This document shows, piece by piece, positions 1 through 10,056 of a stretch of 64,000 nt of DNA. The notes beneath the pieces are model-generated. The model ran no database searches. It was given only the letters and a program-made list of their open reading frames with translations, and was not told the origin of the DNA. The stretch is from NCBI GenBank assembly GCA_010093605.1, contig MU004185.1:1695334-1759333 (forward strand), read 5' to 3'. Within the stretch, counting starts at the first letter, position 1. Each line of letters opens with the position of its first letter. The position numbers and the translations under genes were made by a program. Source of the DNA: Lophium mytilinum (lineage: Eukaryota).

Positions 1-1150
1 TCAGAGATGAGGAAAGTCGCTGAGCACGGCCATACCCACCTTCGGTTGTCCATACCATCCAGGAAATCAAGGTCCACCCAGGATTGCTAATGAATGAGAG
101 TCTGCGGTGGTTGCCATCTTTACGGAGAGAGACGATGATGGAGGCTTTGTTGTCATCCCCTAGATCGTCGTGTTGGCGACTTGCTTTTTCTAAGAGAGCG
201 TCTTTTGTAAGGCGGCAGATATCACATGACAACGCTGACTTAAAAAATTCTGACTGAGGTATAGTGCAAAGGTCTTGGAGATCCCCATCTCCTAGATTAT
301 CTAAAGCTTGGCTGAGTTGAAGATCGCTACACCTGTCACACAGTAGTGCTGACACCATGCTGTCACGGAGAGAAGGCCGGCCACGCGAAGGAACTGTTGC
401 CCCAGTATAGGTGGTCAACAACAGTAGAGAACTGGGAATAGCGGTATAAGCGCTCGTAACATTTAGTCTGATAGATTGTTTGTTTCGCGACGGGACGAAT
501 AGAAAGCGTCTCGGAGAAGCAGGCTGAAGGAGGTTGTTCAGCTTGGATTACGTACGCAGCCTCAAAACTCAGCAAGCTCATCGCCAAGTGAAAGCTTAAC
601 CCAGCCTTCCGCGGCCCCCAGCCACAGTGCCACGAATCTCCAGCTGGGCGGAAACCATGCAAGGAGGCTACGCTGTGGTTGTGGCAACGTATCGTCACCT
701 AGACGCTGTATAATAACAGCGACGGGGTAGTGTTTTGGCAGTGCAGCATGGCCACACTGGTGGCACGCTACGGGTATCAGAAGACGGTGTGTATAATTGA
801 CGCGTAATGGGATAGTCGACTTTGGCCAATTGTGACGTGGTGATGGCCTTTGTGTGGCTTAGTAGGGCCGACCTAGCCGCGCCCAGAAGCACGCCCCCGC
901 CGATTCCTCTACCTACCCTTGCTGTCGCATTCCTCGACTCCTCTTTTAACTTCAGCTCTTCGCGCTTCTACACCTCACTCACCCTCTGATTGACCACTCC
1001 GCGCATCTGCTTGTAGGTGTTTATTGACCGTCTAATTACAAAGACAACAGATACTGACAAAGGACAAGCGCCCAAACACCAGAAACCGCCGTCACTCTAC
1101 GACCTCCGTCACCGCCAACCTCCTCGACACCAACCCAATACCTCCACACA

Positions 1151-1674
1151 ATGTCTGCGAACAACTACTACCAAGGTCAGGGTCAGCCCCAGTACCCGCC
1201 CCAGAGGTAGGCCTCCACCACTGCCCATCAATCTCCAAGAGTTATCGCAGGTAGCTAACTTGCCATCAGCTACGGACCACCCCAGGGCGGCTACCCTCCA
1301 CAGGGCTACCCACAGCAGGGCTACCCTCCTCAGGGCGGATACCCACCACAGCAGGTACTTTCCCCTCTAGTTTTCCCGTAATACTAGTCGTAGGCAAAGC
1401 AACTGACAAGAGATAGATGCAATACCAGCAAGGTCCTCCTCAGCAAGCGCCACGCCAGAAGAAGGATCGCGGATGCTTGGGCGCATGGTGAGTGAAATCC
1501 TCTATCATTCAACTCAATTACCGCATCCCCCAAGCCTATGACAATCAAAGAATCTAAGAACATCACTGACGTAATACGTCTGTAACCAGTCTCGCCGCCC
1601 TCTGCTGCTGCTTCGTCTGCGAAGAAGGCTGTGAATGCTGCGCCGACTGCTGCGAGTGCTGTCTCGAGTGCTAG
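1151..1674 (+). CDS. CYSTM cysteine-rich tail-anchored membrane protein (4 exons)
   Basis: Manual splice 1151-1206, 1270-1354, 1417-1487, 1590-1674 gives MSANNYYQGQGQPQYPPQSYGPPQGGYPPQ...[37 protein letters not shown]. All introns are GT-AG with branch motifs. Missed by the ORF track. Confidence 0.9.
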
Positions 1675-2487
1675 AACCCTCCTCCGAACTCGGCTATCCA
1701 CAAACCCGATTCACCCAATTTTCACAGCTTCAGCGCTTATACTACCCGCGTTGCGGCACGAACCCAATACCTGAACTGGACTGCGCCTTCTGTACATTCA
1801 CACCACTTTGCTTAGCTGCTTGCGAGACGATACGAGAGTAGGAAGGATGGATACGAGGGCTCCTGATGTTCGATACCCCACTGGATAGAGCATCATGGAA
1901 TCGATAACGAGCATATAAACGGCTGGGCCCTGTCTGGCGGAGTCTCTTTTACTCTTGCTCTGTGTTTGATTAGGCGACGTAGGCAGTCGGGTTTACTTTC
2001 TTATCCGTGGACAACGGAATTTGGATTCTCGAAGATGAAATATAATGAAGAGTTGCTTTGCTTCCAACAAAACTGTCTAACCCAATCCTCGTTCATGCGG
2101 AGCGCTGTGGGAGAACATCGCCACATTTAGATACGTCCTCTAATGCTAGCAGATTGTGGACTGCTTCGACATTCGAGTGGCTGCTGCGATGAACAAAAAG
2201 AGATTCGCGGGCTCCAGCGCAATATCAGTCTCCTGAAAATTGACTTTCGGACTTTCGACATGCACAGAATCGGTGGCCATGTACTTTGAAGCTCCAACTA
2301 CGAATACCACCGTGAAGGACGAGGTACAGGAGTACATGTTGACAGAGGTAGCGAAGGGCTCAATCATGGCTTGTTTTGTTATTTTTCGGAGTACAGGCTC
2401 GAGGCCGTGCGTCATCCTTCGGAGTGGGGATTCGGGGCTAGCACACATTCTATGTCAACTACACCGTTCCTTGTCTCATGTCCAAGG

Positions 2488-4614
2488 ATGCCACCGAAAC
2501 TCCCAGCTTGTGATCCGTGTAGATCTAGGAAGGTTGCTTGTGATCATTTGCACCCGCACTGTTCACGATGCAGAGACGCAAACCTGACAGCTGTTTGCAC
2601 ATACCGGTCACGACCGTTCAAAAAGAGGCAGATCCGCAGTATATCCAACAAGGTCCGCGAGCCATCACAACAACGGAATCTTGATGATCCGAGCACGCCT
2701 GCATCTCCCGGTGTACTCCTGAAGAGACCTCGTCAATATCCCAATCCAGGCTATCTCGGCTCGTCCAGCCATACCACTCTTTTCGACCACCTCTCATCTG
2801 GCAACAGCCCAAGCAGCGATGTTGATGACCATGACCAGGACAGAGAGAAAACTCGACACAAGTTTCGTCCGAGCCTGGTCAACGACGAGAAGATTGCTCA
2901 AGGTGCAGCGCTGATCAGACAAGTTCGTCTTTCCGCCAAAGCCTCGTCGTGGGTTTTGCTGGTCGAAGCTTGGACTGCCAAGGGAGTGAACCTCCCCCTT
3001 ACGGACTCATTTACGATGCAATGCGCTGAAACTGCTCAGCACATAGTCAAAAACCTAGGTTCTAGGGATGAGGATATCGTAACTTTGTCGAAAAAGCTAT
3101 TCCTTCACTCCTGTAGCTCGCTGACAACGGGTACTGATTCCACATTGAAAGATTTTTGTGGTACCTTTTGCGAGAGCAATGCGCGATGGGAGACTATGGG
3201 ACTGTTTTTCACTGCCGTCTCTCGAGCCACCATTGACCTACCATGCTTCGGTTTCCTCTACAATACTGATCTGGAGCGGCGCTACCTGCAAAGACTAGCT
3301 ATGCAATATTCGGATTCTTGCCTAAATCTGGCCCTCTCCCTCGACTGCTTGAACGATCTGCAACTGATTCTCCAGTATGAGAATTTTATCCTCCATTCCC
3401 TGGTAGATGGTGACCAAAGTAAGCGATTTTTGCTATTTAAACGGGCCCTACTAAGTGATTAGGCTACCATTCCTGGAGGAAGCTGGGAGACGTTGCTAGC
3501 TCATTGTTTGCTCTCGGATACCACGAGCAACTTGGCCACGAGTCCGCCGTGCCGACCTTCCTCGTAGAGTTGCGACAAGCAGCCTTCAACCGCGCTTATT
3601 CTGCAGACAAGAACGTCTCGATATTCTTGGGGCGACCGCCACGGATCCATAAAAAGTACTGTCCCATCGCATATCGAGTTCTCCAGTGGACACCGGAAGA
3701 GAACTTCACGTACAAGGTAGACACCCAATGGTCTGCTGTGTGTGCATTCCTTAAAGAAGACATCCTCGACCTTCGGAAAGAAGACAGCGACACCAAACTC
3801 CAGAAAGCTGGGTGGGTAAATTCTCGCCTTACTCCAAACCTTGCTGACAGAGCAAGGCTAATACAGGCTGATGCGGAAGCACAATGGGCGGCGTTACCTA
3901 CGCACTTCCATCTCGAAGAATCCATGATATCATACGATCGACGAGCCGTAGAATTAGATTTCATGGTTAGTGCGCGACTGAACTATCTGCACGTAATGTT
4001 CCTTTTGCGCTTGACCCTGGGACTTCGGATCTCAGAACCAGACGCCGAATTGCTTGTGGTCTCTGCGGAAATGCTGAGTCTTGTCGCTCAAGCAGTTGTG
4101 CTCAAACACCGTTTAGTGAACTCTGGAACATCATTGATTTGGAAGGCAAGTTTAGCCCTAAACTTCTATAGCCGATACTTATACAAAGTAGGTGGCTTAT
4201 TATGGACTGGCTGCAGCGGGAGTCATTTCTCTTGCTTTGCTCAAGGATGCTTTCGGAAGCGCCGACGCGGAGGTTTCTGTCTCCAAAGCTATCCGTGATT
4301 TGAGTGTCCTGGTCGCGGAGGTAGAGACAGGCGCCTTGGTTCAACCCCAAGATCCTAATTACGCATTACTATCGAGTGCTACGCAGACGATAAAAAGCCT
4401 TCTTGACCGGCTTATAACCAACAAATTCGCCAAGCAGGCAGTCACTCAGCCTACTTCTTATTCCCTCCCACAACCGTCGACCGCGTATCTAGATGAAGAT
4501 TGGAGCTATGAGACACAGGACTTTGACCCGGACTTTTGGCTTAATCTGGCCGAACACCCATTTTTAGTCGCCCCTGACGCCGCAATGCAAGGATCCTCAT
4601 GGACCGCTGAATAA
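2488..4614 (+). CDS. Zn(II)2Cys6 transcription factor with fungal-specific TF middle domain (4 exons)
   Basis: ACDPCRSRKVACDHLHPHCSRC..C binuclear cluster; DKNVSIFLGRPP middle-homology motif; acidic C-terminus. Introns at ~3419-3462, ~3812-3856 and 4146-4191 (GC-AG). Alternative ATG at 2452. Confidence 0.9.
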
Positions 4615-6155
4615 AGCGACGACACTGAGTCAAGCTCAAGAACCGAAGACACAGCATCCCCGAAACGACTTACCGCACGATCCAAATCGCCCTGAGGCGC
4701 AGCTGCAAAGGTTAGGCGAAAGCAAATCTCGGCCGGATAAATGTGATCCACCCGGAACAAGCTACCTTTGTTGACCAAGACACCATTGGCCTTTGCCTGA
4801 GACAATATTTGATCTTCGATGCTGGAAGAGGGCAGAGGACCTTCTTGACGACCGTATCCAGGCGACATCATCGCACATTTCGACAAGTCAACCCTGACCC
4901 AAAGAAACATGCCTTCTGCCGGTATGACCCAGGAACATATGGACGTGGGTAGGTAGCGAACGCACGCTTCGACCAAAATGTCCCGACGCTGACGGTATTG
5001 AGCCGAAAGATTCCTGAGCCAACCCAAAAAACCCTCATGGCCCCAGGTTTCATCCAGTAGCTTATATAGCATGACTTGTGAGACTCCGCTGGGAGACACG
5101 GTGCTTACTTCTGTGCGGGCCAGAAATTTGGCTACGATCTGTGAGCATGCCGTCATCCAGCCGCAACGAAGTCCAGGAGCAATGACCTTTGATGTGGAAT
5201 CGAGGCGAATTACGCGGCCAGATGCGTCCAACGATAAGTATGACACTGGAAGCTGGCTCATATAACGATCCACCAGTGCCTGAGCGGAGCTATCAGCCTG
5301 CGGCTCGGAGGCATCAGTCTCCAGTTGGAGGAAGGAATACGGATCGTCTTCGATGATGAGTAGGTCGTGTGATTCAGCAATCCTGTATATCGCCTTGCGA
5401 CGTTCCGCACTTTGGGTTGTGCCAGTAGGATTATGTCCCGTTGGGATCATGTACAACACCGCCGGCTTCTTTCCACTGGCAATGTCCCATGCTCTCAGCT
5501 TCAAGTCGAGATCATCCGGTATCAGGCCCTGCGCATCCATCTTCACCCCGAGCATCTTCAATCCTTGGGACTTTGTCGCATCGATGGTTCCGGGATAGGT
5601 GTATTCTTCCGCGAGGATCCAATCGCCACGATTGCAGAGAATCTGAAGGATGAGATCGATTGCAGACGTTGTTCCACATGTCAGGCAGCACTCCCAGTCT
5701 CCGTACGGCGGATCGCGGATCATCTCAACGTGCTCCGTGACGAATCGAAGGAGCTGTGGAGAGCCAGCAGCGAAGCCGTAATTCAACGCCACAGCAAGAT
5801 CGTACCCATTTTCTCCCGTCGTGCACGATATTTCGGCGCCACCACGCTGTCGCCAGCTCTCATCCACCCCACGCATAGCCATTGAACGCCAGGGGTAGAA
5901 CTCTGCAGCAGGCCTGCCGGTCCCTAGTGTTATTGTGTCGTCAGGAGCCTTGACTATGGCGGCTGCCTTCAGCACCGAGGCATTCTGTTTCAGAGCGTCG
6001 CGGCTGAATCGATGCTCCCAAGATCTTGCTGTGGGTTTAAAATCGGATGTTCTTGTTTTGAAATGATTGGAGGACGTGTACGGTGCAGGGCCTGAAGGCA
6101 GAGGCTTAGAAGAGAATCGCTTCTTTTGCAGCTCGGACAGCTTCTCTCGGAACAT
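4506..6155 (-). CDS. Aromatic amino acid / 2-aminoadipate aminotransferase (Aro8/Aro9-like, PLP class I), intronless
   Basis: Motifs ITLGTGRP, LNYG, EEYTYPG, PTGHNPTG, IIEDDPY, RLDSTSKVIAPGLRCGW (PLP lysine), FRLTFAA. The ORF extends to an ATG at 6260, so the start is uncertain. Confidence 0.9.
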   Translation of the reverse strand: MFREKLSELQKKRFSSKPLPSGPAPYTSSNHFKTRTSDFKPTARSWEHRFSRDALKQNASVLKAAAIVKAPDDTITLGTGRPAAEFYPWRSMAMRGVDESWRQRGGAEISCTTGENGYDLAVALNYGFAAGSPQLLRFVTEHVEMIRDPPYGDWECCLTCGTTSAIDLILQILCNRGDWILAEEYTYPGTIDATKSQGLKMLGVKMDAQGLIPDDLDLKLRAWDIASGKKPAVLYMIPTGHNPTGTTQSAERRKAIYRIAESHDLLIIEDDPYSFLQLETDASEPQADSSAQALVDRYMSQLPVSYLSLDASGRVIRLDSTSKVIAPGLRCGWMTACSQIVAKFLARTEVSTVSPSGVSQVMLYKLLDETWGHEGFLGWLRNLSAQYRQRRDILVEACVRYLPTSICSWVIPAEGMFLWVRVDLSKCAMMSPGYGRQEGPLPSSSIEDQILSQAKANGVLVNKGSLFRVDHIYPAEICFRLTFAAAPQGDLDRAVSRFGDAVSSVLELDSVSSLYSAVHEDPCIAASGATKNGCSARLSQKSGSKSCVS

Positions 6156-6311
6156 GTTTCCTGCGCAAACGGGCAAAGACAAGTATATGCGCAGATATTC
6201 TGCATTGCTTTTCGTCGCAACGTCTCGTATTTTATGGAGAGGATTATGGTGAAATCGCATGAGTCCGAAGACGCCGAGCGCTGTAGTTCGGGATGTCCAG
6301 AAGGGGCGTAT

Positions 6312-6393
6312 CGGCGTAGTGCTCGGCGTGATCTCAACCGGAGTGATCTCAGTGCGGGCGGAGTGATCTCAGTGCGGGCGGAGTGATCGCGGG
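6312..6393. promoter_or_regulatory. CGG-triplet direct-repeat array in the divergent promoter (candidate Zn2Cys6 UAS)
   Basis: CGG(C/A)GTGATC at 6324, 6339, 6359 and 6379; 20-bp unit cggagtgatctcagtgcggg repeated twice plus a partial copy. Confidence 0.55.
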
Positions 6394-6615
6394 ACCGACA
6401 CCACCAGTTTCAGACTGTTCACACCGACGCCGAGCTTACTTTTCTAGATTGGCTTGAACCTCCCGTACCAACTTCAGGGTATTAAGTCTATGGCATAGCC
6501 TCATTGCATGCCGAAGACTCCAACTCTAAAATCCAGCTACTTCTCTCTTCTACGAATCTCAATTCCTTAATTCCTTTTTCTTATATCTACAGTCATAAAC
6601 CCTGCAGTCAACGCG

Positions 6616-8391
6616 ATGGCGACCGTTTTACTGGCGGAATACCTCTTCACACGCCTTCATCAGCTAAGCGTAGGCTCCATCCACGGCGTTCCGGGCGACT
6701 ACAACCTCGAGTTACTCGATTACGTTGCACCAAATGGGCTGTGCTGGGTAGGCAATGTGAATGAGCTGAATGCTGGGTATGCTGCCGACGGCTATGCGCG
6801 TATCAAAGGCATAGGGGCTCTAATTACCACGTTTGGGGTTGGTGAGCTCTCTGCAATCAACGCCATTGCGGGAGCGTATGCTGAGCGCGCGCCTATTATT
6901 CACATCGTTGGTACCCCAAACCGGGCCACCCAAGATGCACGTCTTCTTGTTCACCACACGTTCAACGATGGAAACTACCGCCGCTTCGGTCAGATGCACG
7001 CTCATGTCACCGTAGCGCAGACTAGCCTGAGAGACCCTTCGACAAGCCCTGAGCAAATCGACCATGTTCTGACGCAATGTCTGCTGCATAGTCGACCCGT
7101 GTACATTGAGGTTCCGGTGGACCTAGTGTCGGCCCCTGTCCTCGCAGCTAGGCTTCGATGCCCCATTGCCATACCAGATGCGTCACCAAATCCAACCTGG
7201 GACAAAGCGTTGACCAAAGTGCTGGACATAATCTATGCTGCTAAGCAGCCCATCATCCTCGCAGATGGCGAAAGCAGAGCTCTTGATATCGTTGAAGATG
7301 TGCAGGCCCTTATCAAGTCTACAAATTGGCCCTCCTGGACGACACCTTTCGGCAAAGGTCTATTCGACGAGACTTTGCCAAACTTCCACGGCATCTACAA
7401 AGGAACATTCGACGACCCAGCGTCTCGAGACTTTTTCAACCAGGCGGATCTGATACTATGTTTCGGGCCGCACTGGAGCTCCACCAACACATACGACTAT
7501 TCCACCATACCCAAAACCGACGCCAGTATATGTTTCACAGACACAGAGATCAAAATAGGCGATCAGATCTTGCGCGACATCCCAGCGAGACTCGCAGTTC
7601 GTCAGCTCCTACAGAAGCTCAATCTCTCGAAAATCGAACGCTACGACTCCGTCAACCAAAGCGACCTACTCAGTCCCAATCGTCGCCCCCTGACCTTCTC
7701 AGACGTCGCTCCACAAGAGCCTATCACCCACGCCAACCTGTGGAACATTTTCTCCGGCTACCTCCATCCAGACGACATCATCCTCGGCGAGACCGGCACC
7801 GCAGGCCACGGCGTCCGCGAACTCGTCCTCCCGCCTCGTGCTCGCCTCTTCGCGCCCGCCACCTGGCTCTCCATCGGGTACATGCTCCCCGCGGCGCAAG
7901 GCGCAGCGCTGGCACAGCGAGAGCTACAGCAAGCACGCAGCCGTGATGATGTGCTCACGCCGGAAACAAAAAGCGGCCGTACCATCCTGTTTATTGGCGA
8001 TGGCAGCTTCCAGATGACAGCGCAAGAGCTATCCACCATCATCCGGCACAATCTCAACGTGGTCGTGTTCCTCCTGAACAATGACGGCTATACGATTGAG
8101 CGGTGCTTGCATGGACTGCACGAGGAATATAATGATGTTGCGCGCTGGCGGTATATGCGCGCGCCGGGGTTTTTTGGGGCGGAGGATGGTGCGTTTACGG
8201 CGGCAGTGGGGACGTGGGGGGAGCTTGAGGAGGCTTTGAATGATGAGCGGTTGATGGGTGGCAAAGGTTTGAGGATGGTGGAGCTGCGCATGGGTCGGGA
8301 GGATGTTCCGAGGGGGGCTTTGGTTGCGTGTCTTGAGCGGGAGAGACGGCGAGTTGAGGGCGTTGTGACGAACGGAAAGGAGAGGAAGTAG
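6616..8391 (+). CDS. ThDP-dependent 2-oxo-acid decarboxylase (pyruvate/phenylpyruvate/indolepyruvate decarboxylase family), intronless
   Basis: HGVPGDYNL, NELNAGYAADGYAR, TTFGVGELSA, WLSIGY and the ThDP motif GDGSFQMTAQE...NNDGYTIER. Confidence 0.93.
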   Translation: MATVLLAEYLFTRLHQLSVGSIHGVPGDYNLELLDYVAPNGLCWVGNVNELNAGYAADGYARIKGIGALITTFGVGELSAINAIAGAYAERAPIIHIVGTPNRATQDARLLVHHTFNDGNYRRFGQMHAHVTVAQTSLRDPSTSPEQIDHVLTQCLLHSRPVYIEVPVDLVSAPVLAARLRCPIAIPDASPNPTWDKALTKVLDIIYAAKQPIILADGESRALDIVEDVQALIKSTNWPSWTTPFGKGLFDETLPNFHGIYKGTFDDPASRDFFNQADLILCFGPHWSSTNTYDYSTIPKTDASICFTDTEIKIGDQILRDIPARLAVRQLLQKLNLSKIERYDSVNQSDLLSPNRRPLTFSDVAPQEPITHANLWNIFSGYLHPDDIILGETGTAGHGVRELVLPPRARLFAPATWLSIGYMLPAAQGAALAQRELQQARSRDDVLTPETKSGRTILFIGDGSFQMTAQELSTIIRHNLNVVVFLLNNDGYTIERCLHGLHEEYNDVARWRYMRAPGFFGAEDGAFTAAVGTWGELEEALNDERLMGGKGLRMVELRMGREDVPRGALVACLERERRRVEGVVTNGKERK

Positions 8392-10056
8392 GGATCTAAG
8401 GAATCTGGCAGCTGATGTCTCTTGAATGGTAAGGCTGTGAACTGAAATTCTAATAGAGGGCAAGAAAGCGAAGATAAGAGTAGGATACTGAGGTAAAGTG
8501 AAGCAGTCTGGTTGATACCGCTTCTTTTCGAACCACTTGAAATATACATATATCGAACAGCCACATCCACAAGGCAGAATCAAACATCACAGAATCTATG
8601 CTTTTCAGTTATAACTCTTCGTCGGCATTGCAGAATAGTCGGGCTATTACGATCACTAGCACCCTTCGATACGTTTCCACCAACTCATGCAACTTTCTTG
8701 CTCACCCCAGCCCTCGACCAGAGTGAATACCATGCACCCACATCAGACTAAGAAACCGGATCCGACTCTACGTGGCTAGTTCATTCAGGGTGTTGACGCG
8801 CGCAGAAAGATTCCATATCAAGGTATAAAGCCAACATAATTTTCCGCTACCCCAAATCAACTGGGAAAGCTTTCCTAGGTCCAGGGGTCTCCCTCCTTGC
8901 ACGATGTCAGTCCCAAACGCAGTGAGTGCAGTGGACGACCGATGGCAAGGCGTTGCAAGGTTGGTGTGCCTCCCTAGATCAAGGCAAGCCGTACCAGTTA
9001 GTCCCGGGACTCGCGCGCTCCTTTTTTTTTGGTTGGCTGGGTTCGAATCCCGCATGAAGCCCACCGTCTTTTGGCTTTCACTACTTAGTGATTTGATTGA
9101 TGGCTGGGCGGGATCACATGATCATTATGTGAAAAGGTCGGGAATACTGTAGGAGGACTATTTTACGGGACCGCACGAACAGATACGCTAAGGGTTCCTC
9201 AATCTTCCTAAAGCTCCGTGGCGGGATGTCGAGCGCCCGACGTTAGAGATCAGAACTCTGAAAATTGAACATATTTCTTTGTGTACGAGCGTCCGGAGCC
9301 CTTCAACCCCCTGAAACCATCCCAAAAGAGTGTATAAAAACATAATCGTCTGAATCAGACCTCTAGAAACCGTAACAGTACGGGGTAATTAGGACTCTCT
9401 TAACCTCCTCCAGAGAAAATTGGTGGATTTCCACAATCTCGGGATCAAGCGGAGGACTCTAAATGTCGCGTTGGAAGTAAATGTAGACTGCCCCCTCCAC
9501 GTGTCCTACATGCCGCAGTCACGGGGGTCCGAAAGCCTTTGGCGCCCAACTCAGACCTTCACAACCTACTACTAGAAGCAAACGTCAGGACGCTTCATAT
9601 TTCTTTACGCCATGACGACAATCACCGAGCCTCAATATCGAACGCTCGCCAAACCAATGGCTCGAAAACCTCAGAGGGACCCTTGAAGCGCTTTTACTTC
9701 CACCAGAGAAGCTTCAAGTACTGACAAGTTCACACCTAACAGAAACACAACATATCAGAACAAACTTTATTAAAACCAACTCATCACCGCCGCCCTCACC
9801 ACTTCCCCACCCTTCCAAAGAAAGCTCAAAAGAAGCAAACAGCAACAAAAGAACCGCTACTACCATGCAAATGCACGCCCTAAAACGACAGTACCGCGTT
9901 ACACGAAAATGGCTTCCGTCCACTCTTTCCCTCCCTCCCATCCCCACCTTTCACCTCCCCACTCCCTCCAGCTTACAAACAAACACAAAAGTATTTACAA
10001 CCCCTTCCCTCTCTCCCTCTCCCACAGCCCACCCCCGCAATCATACACACACACCC

